DNA of 64,000 bases, from the NCBI GenBank assembly GCA_965153455.1, contig OZ234493.1, positions 10,406,213-10,470,212 of the forward strand, in the 5' to 3' direction. The notes beneath the pieces are model-generated. The model had not been told where the DNA came from. It ran no database searches and worked only from the letters and a program-made list of their open reading frames with translations. Of the stretch, positions 51,129 through 64,000 are shown piece after piece (the stretch's first letter is position 1; each line of letters starts with the position of its first letter). The translations under genes were made by a program, and so were the position numbers. Origin of the DNA: Sphagnum compactum. Its lineage: Eukaryota.

Positions 51129-54100
51129 ACCATGGCATAGGCCAGGACTTAACATGTACCCATAGCTCCTTGCCGAGCTTACTCATAATCTAAATAAACG
51201 TTTCAGTCCTTACGAGACTCCTATTATCATTGGCACACTACCACATCATCTATTTAACCATTAAGCTGATTCGAATTAATCCTTCGTTCCTATGGCTTGA
51301 AGATTGTTCTATCTCTATTGGGCCTTTCACTAACCCCCTCCTCCTGCTTCACAGATTCCCAACATCCTTGCTGCTTGTTAAATACTGATACAAGACCAAT
51401 GTTTTGTTGCACACCATGAACTCCGGTGTTTGTTTTTCCTTCCCTCAACTTCTAGCGAGTTCTCGCTCCTTCTTACGCTACTAAGGTTATAAAACTATAG
51501 TTTACCAACTTTTTGCTGAAGAAAAGGACTAACCCAACCAATATCGCATTTCGGAAAACAAAACAACCCCCCCACACCCTGTGCGCATTCCTCTACCCCT
51601 ATTATAACACAAAGTTGTTAAACCCCCCTAAAAACCTCACCACACTCGAATATTCCTAACACAATTCTTAAACATTGAGACTATTAGCCATGGCCATGTC
51701 AGTATGGCTCACAGTGGGGCCCCAGCTTCCTGGTTTGTTGGGGCCTCTTGTTGTAAATCTAGCAGCAACCGGCTGCACTAGTTGTAGCGCGGCCAGCTGA
51801 GCCATCTGAACTCTCACCCATACGTTGTGCGCATTGCACCAAAGTACTTGGCTCTCCGCCCAGCCTCTCACCCCTGCTAGACGGGTTAGGTGTATGTGCG
51901 TTGTCGCAGGAGCCGTTCCCAGCGGCGGTTGAGCAGTCCTCGCCTAGAGCACACGGGTCGTTGCAGGCTTAGGCGTCGTTTCCAACGACGGTTGAACTTA
52001 AGGCAGAAAACCTGCCACCTCTTAGGGCTGATTCTTGAGTAGCCATTTTTTCACAGATCTAACCCAACATTTCTTTCCTGCAACAAGCATAACGAGTTGG
52101 GTTTCCCATGCCTTGCCCAAGATGCGGTCTTTAGTGACCGTGCTCACACGGTTATAGTACAATAGCGCTTGTCCCCATGTAAAGTGTTCAAAGGGGAATT
52201 TGCCAAATTCTGCCAACACGATGGACGTGCTCGTTATTTTTCGCACTCTAAGCAAGGACTTGAGGAACCTTCGGTACACTACTTCAATAGCCTCTATTTT
52301 CTTGGAGTTCACCCAAACCTCACAGGCATAACTTGCTATGGAACGCACCAACGTGTTGAAGAAGTCACAACGTAATTGGACGTCCATAATATGTAGTTCC
52401 GCACAACGGCGGTTCAATGCGAACAGCGAGTGCCTACTGGCAGCTGCTAGATGTTCCATTACACTGTCCAGGTTCGGGGTGGTCTTGAGTAGGATCCCCA
52501 GGTATTTGAAGGTCTACACACGATCAATAGCATCACCTTCAAACACAAACTTTTGGCATGGGTCAGCAGAGTTGAACACCATGACTTTTATTTTTTTCAC
52601 GTTCACTATAAGTCCACATTCGGCAAAGAACTGCTGGAGCGCGTCTAACTGGTGCTGCAGTCGCACCTCTGACTCCGACGTCAAAGCAAGGTCATCTACA
52701 AAAACCAACAGCCATACGTGCATGTTTGCTAGGGTCGGTGTATCGCATTCTTTGCCATCCAAGTGCCCCTCCAGGGCATCCAAATATAGCCCAAACAGTA
52801 GGGGGCTGAGAGGGCAACCTTGCTTCACACCTTGTTGGCACTTGAAGCTGGAGGTGACACCTTCGCTTGGGTGGTTGATGCATACGGTATCCTTGGTATA
52901 CATCGCTTGTAGGCATCGCAAGAAGCGTCCCTCCACCCCAAGGCTAGCCAACACCTCCCACAGCACTTCACGCAACACAGTATCGAACGCCTTCTTAAAG
53001 TCCACAAAGCAACAATAGAGTGGCTTCTTTTTTGCTTTGCTCTGTTCTATCAGAGTTCGTAGTATGAAGAGTTGGTCAGTAGTGCGGTAATCTTTGCGAA
53101 ACCCAGCTTGACCCTTGGCACGCAGCCCATGTTGTTCAGCCCACTTGCTCAGCCTTTTGTCAATGATCATAGCAAATAACTTTGCTAGGATGGGCCCAAC
53201 AGTTATCCCCTGTAGTTGTCAAATTTGGAGGCATCGCCCCCTTTAAAGAGCGCGTGGACCACCCCAGTGGAAAGGGCTTCTGGAAAGCCTTCCGCCAGAA
53301 AGTAGTTGAACGTTGTCAATAGTGGCATGCATAGCAGCTCTCCCGCATCCAAAATGAACTCAGCTTTCATACCATCCAAACCAGCAGCCTTATTCCTTTG
53401 TAGTTTTTTCAGCGCCTGAAATAGCTTAGCAAGTGTGATATCTGTGTTTAGGGTGTGGCTAGGTGGAGGTTCCGTCACCTGGGCCGAATGATCAATTCGT
53501 AGCCGTATGGGTGGCGGAGACTAGCCAACTAGCTTGTGGAAGCCTACCAAAAGTGTAGCTACACTGATTTTGTCCACAACGGGTGCCCTTGGCCGGTACT
53601 TTTTCCAGAATGAAAGTGCATCCACCTTGGCAAGCGTACACATATGTTGAGCTCTTGCAGTTTCCCAAAAAATTCTTTTCTTTTTTAATAAATTTTTTAG
53701 TTTATTTGCCTGATGTTTAGCGGCGTGCGAATTGGGGTTAGCTTTCAGCCAGAGCCTCAGTTCTCGCTTCGCTATACGGGAGTCGGCATCAAACCAGGGT
53801 TTATGGCAATGTCGTGCTCTGTAGTTTCCTCCCGAAGGCTTATTGCCAAAAGTAGATTCTGCTGCAACACCCACGCACTGCTGCAGTAGGTCAGCTAACC
53901 CGTCTGCCCCCAGATGCCCGATTGAGTCAACAACCCATGGGTTTCCAAGATTCGCTACTAGGGCAAACTGATACTTTTCAGCTTTTGATTTATCATATTT
54001 GAACCTAGTTAAGAATTTTTTTTATTACAACTGTATGTTGTGGCTCAACAAAGCTACAATCGATGTTCAACCGTAGGCGTAATGACCTGTGGTCAGAGTC

Positions 54101-54629
54101 TCCCCCCATCGTGCAATAGCGGGTGTCGTCTATTATCACTTCGAGGTGTGTAGCAACTTGCCAAATTACAAGTGAGCCAATAATATAATCGACAGTGCTA
54201 CGCCCCCCATTTGCCAAGCAAGTGAACTCCCCTGATTCGTCGCCAGGTGTCCGGCCGTTGAGGATGAGCAACCCAGCGTCACAACATAGGTCCAGGAGCT
54301 CACGGCCCCAGCCGCCAACACTGGCGTCGCAGTTCTGTCGCTTAGCCACATCACTTGGTTGCTCAGTCTAAGCGAGCTCAGGCGCTTGTAACAGTTCACA
54401 AAGGTCGCTAATGTGAATGGTATCTGGTAACGTTGCAGTTCGCACATTAAAATCCCCTCCCAATAATACTATGCCCCCTAGAGTTTGAACTTCAACAATA
54501 TCTGCTGCCAGATTTTGAAACAAGGATTCGCTCTCGTGTTTAGAGCCAACAGGGGCAACATACACCACGCAGACATACAAGTCAGGGGCAGCACCCCTGT
54601 TGACCCATAGCCATAGATAAGAAAATATT

Positions 54630-57600
54630 AAACATGCTTAAGATTGTAAATGCGTTCGGTATAGATGTATTGCCGCCATAGCATGACGTCACCAAAACGA
54701 GCCTCCTCTCCAGACCCCCATCCATGTTCACGTAGCTGTCACATTTGCACATTACATAATGCATCCCACATAACACGTGATGATCACTATGGCATCCATA
54801 GGATGAAGGGTGCACTGACCATCGCATGTCATCTCATTGGATGGGCCCATGTAACATGCGCCGATTTCAAATTCCTTCGCACAAATCAAACAATCCAAAC
54901 AGCCCCATCATCCTTGATCTTAAACCCTAATGCAGTGTAATAGTCCTTTGTGCTCGCATATCATTTCCATCGCTAGACCAACTTGAAACTCCATCACCAT
55001 TGTCCTACAACTTCAAGCAACAATCAATTAGTTTATTGCGCACCAATAATGCGAATAATCAAGTAATGTTCGTTGTATCACATCAGGTTCTTTAACACAC
55101 TTGGAGATTAATGTAATCTATTGAAATACATGTAATAGAACTCCTGTGAAACTTGCATGAGTTTCAAGCACAAGTGCAACATTACTATTGAGGTAAGTTT
55201 TTTTTAGTGTTGTGATGGATATGAAATACTTGTGGAAATGACTTCCTATACCAAGTAATGTGTTGTTAGGGCATTCATGGACTACACAGAAGACTTCAAT
55301 GAAAAAACATGGTGTAGTGCTTAAATGTTAGTAGAAAAATTGAAATCGTGCAAATTAGTTTCAATTGTTACTTAGTTCTTTAATTGGATTTTTTTTGTTT
55401 TCCTTTGAAAAACCTTGTTGAATAATATTTTGTAACATGCTTAGGAATTTTCTTTTGAGGTGAAAAAAATGGGAAGGAATCTGTAGATGTAAGAGGAGGA
55501 GTGATATGAACATGAAACTATTTAGAAACACAAAATTTCCTTTTTTATTCAACACATATCATAAGTTTTAAATCCTTGATTCATGTGTTCATGTTTGCTG
55601 CTTGTCATTTGTACATGTTACAGAATGTTTTAGGATTGTACATGTTGTAAAATGTTTTTAGGAAAGAACAGGGAATTTATATTTGGGATTCATGTTATGA
55701 TTTAACTTGGGTATTGTTACGATGTCAAGTGTTGTAATGGCTAGAAAGAACATGGACATTGAACCTACAAGTAAAATGTTGTCTACAAAAGGTGAAAAAG
55801 ACTTAATTGCTAAGAGTTTGTTTCGATATTATGTCGATTAGGGGTACAAGAAATTTGTGGAGCAATTTGTTGCACCTAACCTTTAAAATGAGCTTAAAGT
55901 GGAGTTTTTAGCAATAAAAATAAGTGTTTTATATCTCTATCCATATTTGTTTAGGTTATAGCAAGTGGGTGGCTAGTTACAAATTTGGGTTTCATGGTTT
56001 TACATGTTGAACATGAAATTGCTTGCCCAAGTTACTAATATTTAGAAACATGTCGGCATTTCAAGTAACACCTAAGGATAATGACAGAACATAAAAAAGG
56101 TGACAAGATGTTCTCTACATCTATTGTGGTGGAGAATGGCTAATAAGCAAAGACTTTCAAAACAACATCATAAAGGCTACAACAAAGCACCCTTTTATCC
56201 AAATTCAAGTAAACATGTTCAATTGCCAATGTACCCCAACTTCAAGTTTTCCCAAGAAACCAAAAAATTGAAACACATTCTTACTGATGAGAAATCAACT
56301 TCTCACTTGTCGATTAAAAGCCAAGTAGAAATTGACAAGGAGCAAGATAAAAAAATATATAGTTGATACAATCATCAAACATGTGTGTTCATTCAAAACA
56401 CTCCATGAATAACAATTGCTTACAAGGTATGATGCAAAACATCGTAGGTCCACCTCCACTATAAATGTACCTGAAGCATTGAAGGAAGAGCTTGCAATTG
56501 ATGGAAAGCAGAAAAAATGGTCAAAACCCTCGAAAAGAAAAGGAAGAAGGATCACCAAAAGATAGTACATGCGGCTATTAAGGAGAGAAGTACCGCCAAT
56601 AGCTAACAAATGACAAGGCAACAAATAGGAACTAAAACTTAGAAGCCTTACAAAGTGCAAGCTTGAAAAAAATTGAGGAAGGTGGTTGGGTGGGTGGTTG
56701 ACAAATCTCACAACATAGTTGAACAGGACAATGGGTTTGCATCTATTCCAACCAAGCTACATCCCCATCCAAAGATCAACATTTCGATGGGCTTCATGTT
56801 ACATAAGCAAAAAATGTTGAAAAGGATGAAAAGGATGGACAACCTAACATGCATATAGACTTGGAAAAACCAAAGTTGAAGTAGCTGCAAACGACACACT
56901 AGATTGTAACATGGCATTTGGTGTAGAAATGCAACTACATTCTAACATGACATCTTGTCCACATGACACATCATCTTGGAAATTAGTGATAACTTCCAAA
57001 GTTCTCCTTCTGTTAATCTCATATAAAGATTTCCATCCAAGGAATTAGGGTTATTTGAGGTTAAATGTAAAGATGTGTTGGTCTCTGCACATAAAGAAGC
57101 AGAACAAGTGGTTACCATGAATTAATAGCCACCTCCTCATCCTCATGCTTTCTTGAAATGTGTCCCTAATTTTTTGTGTTGTTGCCATACATGTTACGTC
57201 ACTATGATTAGGAGAAGGATACTATTGATGGATGTAAATCTAGATTGTAGTAATATAAAAAGTTTGAAGACAACAAATGGGACAACTGGGTTGAGCACAA
57301 ATTTATGTCTTCACTTGGGAGCTAGTCATTTGCAAAATCAGTAAAAGAACTACATTTGCATGTTGAATTAAATCATTTGTTATGTTTTCTCATGTACCAA
57401 CTTTGTTGTGGGGTTTTTCTTTTAACTTATTGTATTTTGGGTGTAAAAATTAAATCAATGTAACAACAATGTTAAGAATTCCACCACTTTGTGTGTCGAG
57501 CATCAAGCTACTATGGATGAAGAATTCAAAGCACTACTTGAATATGTTGATCATGAGCACTGACTTCTAGGCAAAGTAGTTGTGGATCTAAAAACAACCT

Positions 57601-58396
57601 AGAAGGGGATATATAGGTTTAGCCAAGAGATATAAGTTTAGCCAAAAAGAAATATAGGTTTTGTCAAGAGAGAGAAGTTTAGCCAATAAGATTTATGGGT
57701 TTAGCCAAGAGAGAGAAGTTTGGCCAGTAAGATATATAGGTTTAACCAAGAGATAGAAGTTTAGCTAGTAAAATATATAGGTTTTACCAAGAAATAAAAG
57801 TTTAGTGAAAAAATATAAGTTTAACCAAGAAGAAATATAAATATAGCCAAGAAATAGAATATTAGCCAAGAAAAAATATAGGTTTAACCAAGAAATAGAA
57901 GTTAGCCAGTAAGATATATAGGTTTAGCCAATAGATAGAAGTTTAACCAAGAAATATAAGTTTAACAAAAAAAAAAAAAAGGTTTAGCCAAGAGATAGAA
58001 GTTTAGCAAAGAAGAAATATAAGTTTAACCAAGAGATAAAAGTTTAGCCAAGAAAAAATATAGGTTTAGTCAAGAGATAGAAGTTTAGCAAAAAAGAACT
58101 ATAAGTTTAGCCAAGAAGAAATATAGGTTTAGCCAAAAAAAAGAGTTTTGCCAAGGTAAGTAAGGGATTAATTGTTAGTTCGTAGGTAGGGCTAAGATTA
58201 GTTTAGTAGGGTAGCTGGGTTGGTGGGTAGTATGGAGGTCAGGGTTGAAAGAAAATTGGCAACGGAAAAAAAATGGTCAAAGGTCAGCAGCCAAAAAAAA
58301 TTGACTGTGGTAGAATGTTGATTAACACAAGGTAAAGAGATGAATGAAAAAGAAGCGAATCATCCAGCCCATCCTATGGACAGAACGGCCAACTGG
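54630..58396 (+). mobile_element. Possible Helitron-like element with coding relics and a minisatellite
   Basis: The 3' end reads ...CATCCTATGGACAGAACGGCCAACTGG|T (CTRR|T). Stop-riddled coding-like stretches lie at about 55720-56900. The 5' boundary is uncertain. Confidence 0.35.
57608..58154. repeat. Minisatellite of about 19-21-nt units (ATATAGGTTTAGCCAAGA / GATAGAAGTTTAGC alternating)
   Basis: Roughly 25-30 contiguous degenerate units with no unique spacers. Confidence 0.92.
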
Positions 58397-61261
58397 TGTA
58401 GTCATGGGGGCTGGTTCACTCTGGCGATAACCATCATTAAATGTGTGAGAACTGTTCAGAATTATGCGGAGGGTAAGGAATAGGTTTTAGGCTCTTCTTA
58501 GGTTTGAGGGCCCATTTGAGGAGGCGCGACAAACCCCCCAAAGAAAAGTCAAAAAACCAGTTCCTTACCTTCCAATAAACGCTTTTCAAAATTTGGAACC
58601 TTACAAAAGTGAAATGTTCTGTCTTAATCAAATTAGGATCTTGCATGAATGGAAGGCTCACTTTTATTTCAGAAGCACAATATTATGCCAAGGCAGGTTG
58701 TTGACTGAATGGGGAAATTTTGAAAAGTTAATTTACATATAAATAAATATTGTTCTATGTATTCCAGTGCACCGTCATGCTGTGGTGATCATGGTGAACA
58801 TCTACCATTGTGCCACAACATGCCACTTTTGTGGCATGTTAACTTGGAGTTCAATAAAGTTGTTCATTAGCCCTTGGATGAGCTACAACAGCCACCAATT
58901 TGCTAATTAAAAGTCTAGGTTAGAGAGCCCCAGGGCCGGAAGGTTTGGGGGTCTAACTTGAAATACATCCAGTGGCTCCCTCTACTTTTAGTACTGCAAT
59001 ACCACGATAGTGATCCTGGTCCTGGAGGGATTATCTGACTCAGCACTGGTGCCTGCCCGGACACATAATCCCAACAAGGTTTGAAGGCTCTGATAACATC
59101 TAAGGGTTCGGGGTCAAACAACTCATGGAACCCACGATCTTGTCTGGCTATTGGGTGTTCATTCCCACTGTACCTTGCCCATTGCCCATTTGAGGACCAT
59201 AAAAAAATCATACATGTATGTAAACGCATAAATAGAAAATCAGTTCATGTTTTTCAAATTCAAAAGTTCATTATTATAAATTTGATGTATATATTATATA
59301 TATTTAGTATATCTGTTTTATTGTTCAAGTTAAATATTTAAATTTAGTCACGAATTTGTCATATTGTTGATTTTATGACATGTTAATAATATGTAAATGA
59401 ATGACATTTCGTAAAAAAATGCATTGTGATGCACAAAGTGAATCACCTTACTTGACAACCACCCATTGACTCTATACCACTTGTCAAGAAGTATTTAACT
59501 ACCTAGTTGCACCTTTTACGGACTTACATTATAACCACTTATATTCCTTATCTACTTACCTACGATACTTACCCACTTGCATAAGTAGTACAAGGGTTTA
59601 AACAATTGCCTATAAGAACATTGGTAACATGGTTATGGTTCATCTAAAATTAAATCATTAACAAGGTTTCCAATTGATGGTGCATTTGTGGGTGTTGGGA
59701 TTTGTTGCGATGCATTGGTGTAGGAATGTGCAAAAAGTTGGAAGAATAAAGTTCAATGTTAAGTAACAAGATAATGATAAGCATTCAAATATGTGTGTTA
59801 TCAAATAATGATTCACACCCACCTCCTTATTGCTTTGTTTAAAAACAATGGGTTAATTAGTCAAGATGACATGAACAAATAAGATTTTTTGTTTGAAAAT
59901 AATATTTTTAAAATCATGATTTACAAGTATGAAATTTATTATTTTTAGTTCATCAACTCTAAGAATTGATCCAAGTGGTGTGACTTGAATAATATCTCAC
60001 TTTATATTATGAAAAATTTCAGTAGAATGGGTGGTGAAGAAAAAAGATTTTGATTGAATTTTTTCACTGAAATGGGTGAGAGGAGAAGAAAAAAACTTGA
60101 CTAGGTATATCTTCGACATGGAGATATTAGTGCAGGCACAAATAGGGGAGCACCCCTGGAGATGCTGTAAGAACTGGATGGGTTTCAGCCACTGAATCCA
60201 AATTAGATGCCTTCTCAGGAGGTGAGGCGGTGTGACGACGAGTCAGGAGTCCGGACTTGTGACCCTTGAATTTTCCGTGCATGAACATGTCTCTCGGGTT
60301 TAGTTTAGAGAGGGAAAAGATAGGTGGTTTTTCCGCGCATGATCTGGGCTATCGCGACCGGAGCTCGCATGGAGCTGCGATTCGCGAATGGACAACGTGT
60401 GTATCTATGCAGCAGCAATGTGCATCTGCAATGCCCGATTTTATAGCTCTTGGGACTTGGGTGGACCCAATCAGGTGATTTGACTGGCTTTAATGGAGAT
60501 ATCTACTCTGCAAAATAAAATCACACTGTCGGGGAGATCAAAGTTGACATTTTCCATTTGGTAGCATCTCAGATTGAGCTCACTTCTCTTTCAACTTCAC
60601 GTGGCAAGTGTCAGATGAATTATTTTTTCCAGTTCAAAGTTCCAGTGCTTTTTCTTTCCCAATTTTGTAGTGTAGCAGCGATGGTGAGCCTCCCAAGGCA
60701 GATTTCCACTTAACTGGCGACACTTTTGTACGGGACCATTGAATGTGTAGCCTTCAGACAGGCCTGTAGCCACACTTTCCCCCAAAAAATCATTAAACCT
60801 GGGGGAAAATTGGCCACCACTTTTTTTTAAACAGGGTTTTTCCCACCAAAAATTTGGATCAGTGTCGCCCTTTTGGTGACTTTTCGCCAAAATACATGAC
60901 TTGTTCAAATTACCGGAAAACTCATTACGAAGTTCACTTATTAAATTCTCAATTGCACCCTGCCAAATTTACAACTTCACATTGTCAAATCACCATTTTC
61001 ACATCTCCACTTTTACATTGCAAACTTGACAAATTTCCATTATTTTACGGGCTGCCCAAAATTTTCGGACTGCCCCCAAAAAATCCATTGGTCGTCCAAT
61101 TTTTAAAAAAAGTTTCTTTTGCCCAAACCTTTATTTTTTCGGGCTGTTTTCTTTTGGGGTGGGTGGGGGGCTTGCATTAGTGGCCTACCCTCCTACCTCC
61201 TAGCCTACATACTCATTAACTTACATACCCACCTACTTAGGCTACCTATCCACCTACCATG

Positions 61262-61720
61262 ACCAAGTTTGCAAGTATGCACGTTTACAAGTTTGCAAAT
61301 TTACAAATTACAAATCAATAATTACAAATTTACAATTTGATAGATTGCAAGTGCACTTTTGCAAGTTCACAAGTTTGCAAGTATGCAAAATTACCAAATT
61401 ACCAAATTAGAAAACATAAATTACAAAGTTACAAATTGAAAAATTGCAAGATTATAAATTGCATGTGCTCCATTGTAAATTTCAAATTTATAAAATTATA
61501 AACTTCTCAATTTACAACATTAAACAATATTAAAATTGCAAGTACATGTTTGCAAATATGCAAAATTACAAAATTATCAAATTTACAAATTTACAATTTG
61601 ACAAATTGCAAGTGCATGTTCTCAAGTTCATAAGTTTGCAAATTACAGGATTATAAATTGCATGTGCTCGTTTGTAAATTTCAAATTTACAAAATTAAAA
61701 ACTTCTCAGTTTACAAAATT
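61262..61720. repeat. TTACAAA/TTGCAA low-complexity array with an internal duplication of about 199 bp
   Basis: ATTATAAATTGCATGTGCTC occurs at 61451 and 61650. Confidence 0.8.
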
Positions 61721-63619
61721 TGAATGTAACACCAAAATTTTAAACCTATATATGTATAATCCAACATTCAAAAAATAGGAGAATGTAGTAACAATTTAGG
61801 TGAACCTTTATTCAAGGTGACTATCATGTAACTAGATGAATATGTGAAATCATAATTTATAAACTTAAGTTCATTCCCTATAACATGATAGGATCCATAT
61901 CAATTCACTATGTAACCTTCAAAACAACCACCCAACATCCATTGATGTACATTAATAATACTTACAAAACAAATTAATGTTGTTATCTTCCTAACGAGGC
62001 TAGCAACCAATTCAACCATGGACCCAAAAAAATCACAATATACATAGAAGCCCATAAGTTTGGACTACAACAAATACAAAATGACCAATAAAATATTCAA
62101 ATACAAAGTCTAAAAACAATCATGATAGGTCCAAACTGGGTGTAAGGAGCCATTCCAAGATGTAAGCACTTCTTAATTTCCATTGGTGTAAATGGTTACA
62201 TAAGTTGTTGAATTTTTTGGATAAATTTTTACAACAATGTTTTTGATATACTATAGGAACATATAGCAAAGTTTGAAATGAATTTAACGAGTATGGAATA
62301 CCCAAAATCATTTTTAATACTCAAAAAAAAAAATTCAAAACTTGTTCATTGATTTAAAAATGAAAATTTATGGATTTTTTTAATGTACACCTTTACCTTA
62401 TAATATACACAACATTGTTTTGGGTCATAAAAATTAAAACAATCAAAAGTCAAATAGATCATGATTTTACACATATTGTGTGAAATATTTTGATTTCAAG
62501 GATTCATTTAGGACACAATCCTAAAGGTAGCTAGTTCTTTATACCTGGTTTGGACTCTAGCTTCAAAACAATCAATAGATCAAAACACATTTGCTATCAA
62601 AATACACAAGCAAAATAGGAAAAGAAAAAATCAGAAACCAAAACATAAATAAAAAATATACAACCAAAATATAAATTCATAGTTTTTCAAATTATAAAAA
62701 ACATTCACAAAAGGCCAAAATAGTTTAGAAAGTAAACAATTGCATGAAGCAAAAGTTTAAAGGAAAAATGCATAGATAACATCACAACCCTAAGTAATTT
62801 TATATAAGTAGATGTTCAAGGTTTGAGTCTTAAGCCTTAACATTTAGGGTTTGGGTGAAAGCACATTAAATTGTAGTCACAAATTAATATTTTGCAATTA
62901 AATTTTTTGGTATTGTATGGACACCACATCTTGGATTGATTTTTCTTTTTTAAATTATATTTCATTAATTTTACATTTAAGCTAGTCAATTCTTTAAAAA
63001 AATTCAACAAACATTGAAGAATTTAAACATATGGAATGCATTTTCAACAAAATAATATTCATCACAAAAATTACATACTGTAGTACTTTAGTGATTTCAA
63101 CATAAATTAAATTATTTTTTACTTTTCCAAAATTTTTGATAAATTATTTATTATTTGTGTCAAAAAAATTATATATTAAGATTATGCAAGATTTTGATTG
63201 TTAGGCTTGAACCACAAACCTTAAAATTCGGAAGAAATGGCGGAATCGAAGTTAGGGATCCTTGAGCTTTATAGTGCACTCTGTAGTGCACTCTTTAGAG
63301 CACACAAACTTAGCTCAGAATCGAGGAATCCAGACCCCATGTTCCATTCTGGAAGTTCTCAATCGGTGCCGATTGAGAACCCTAGAGCTATGCTGGTCTT
63401 CTGTGTTTGATGAACACTCAATCACAGATTTAAATATGAAGTTGTTTGATTTGTCCAGAACCAAACCTAAAAAAACCTTCTTCCTTGATGAAATCAACGC
63501 CCTCCCTTGCTACAAAGAAGTCCTTTGAACTTTGAGGTCACTATTAAATTTCTTGGTTTTTTAAACAGTCCAAGTTGATTAATTGGTCTTTCTTAACTAA
63601 TGAACATGTACATTTTGAT

Positions 63620-63870
63620 TAGAGGCTAAGGGCTTGAATGACATGTGTATCCTTTGACCAATCAACTTGGTTGAAATGACCTATTTGACTAATGTTAAAT
63701 TGGACATCTAGTCAAATTGGACAAAAACTTGACCACCTTGGTCAAAATGGCGAATGACGTTTAGTCAATTGGAACATTTAGTCAAGTTGGACATAAACAA
63801 ATGACACCTCTAGTCAAAATGGCCAATGGGGTTATAGTCAAATAGAACATTTAATCAAGATGACCAATGT
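63620..63870. repeat. TGACC/GTCAAA-motif-rich degenerate repeat (TE subterminal-like)
   Basis: Repeated TAGTCAAATTGGACA-like units. Confidence 0.6.
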
Positions 63871-64000
63871 TATTATAATCAAATGGGGCACCTTACCTAC
63901 CTATCTACCATATAAATTAAAATTTGAATTTTTTTTTTTTCAAATTTAAAAAAAAAATCCTGTCGAGTACCTTCTGGCCCACTGAAGTTACTATGACAGG

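Larger units (their letters stand above)
49345..51713. mobile_element. Solo LTR-like insertion (2369 bp)
   Basis: Termini TGTGAG...CTCACA with 5-bp TSD GTGGG (49340-49344, 51714-51718). Removing it restores the LINE sequence seen intact in copy 1 near 15200. No gag or pol is visible. Confidence 0.85.
48795..54623 (-). mobile_element. Second, 5'-truncated copy of the RTEX-like LINE, interrupted at 49345-51713
   Basis: The reverse complement is colinear with 12301-15752: APE GGDFN/SDH, RT VDFKKAFD, GVKQGCPLSP, VDDL and C-terminal ERLCRGCDLGKVEDEEHLLLVCP. Confidence 0.95.

Noticed and set aside
52338..53018. 226-aa plus-strand ORF
   Set aside because: Antisense shadow of the reverse transcriptase region of LINE copy 2.
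57608..58154. Repeat array as a possible CRISPR
   Set aside because: The units are contiguous and degenerate with no unique spacers, the context is eukaryotic and no cas genes are present.

Overview
Eukaryotic, intron-containing, AT-rich plant DNA. The gene and repeat style suggest a bryophyte, possibly a Sphagnum-like moss; this is inference only. Only one clearly intact protein-coding gene is present: the last 8 exons of a SPIKE1/DOCK-family ROP-GEF (+, 2-4328). Convergent to it is a probable decayed spliced gene (-, about 4400-9010) that contains a 92-bp-arm hairpin (6564-6770), a candidate proto-MIRNA or hairpin-siRNA locus. The rest is largely transposon remains. There are two copies of an APE-RT-CCHC LINE (RTEX-like): 11144-15752 (+) with an intact ORF1 in frame with ORF2, and 48795-54623 (-), 5'-truncated. 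The second copy is split by a 2369-bp TG...CA solo-LTR-like insertion with a 5-bp TSD, which carries 191-bp tandem repeats and a small unknown ORF. The window also holds two hAT transposase pseudogenes, hAT non-autonomous elements with 8-bp TSDs, Helitron-like elements, a CRE-like RLE retrotransposon fragment with an in-frame triplication, an unclassified Helentron-like family and several minisatellites. No rRNA, tRNA or CRISPR array was recognised.
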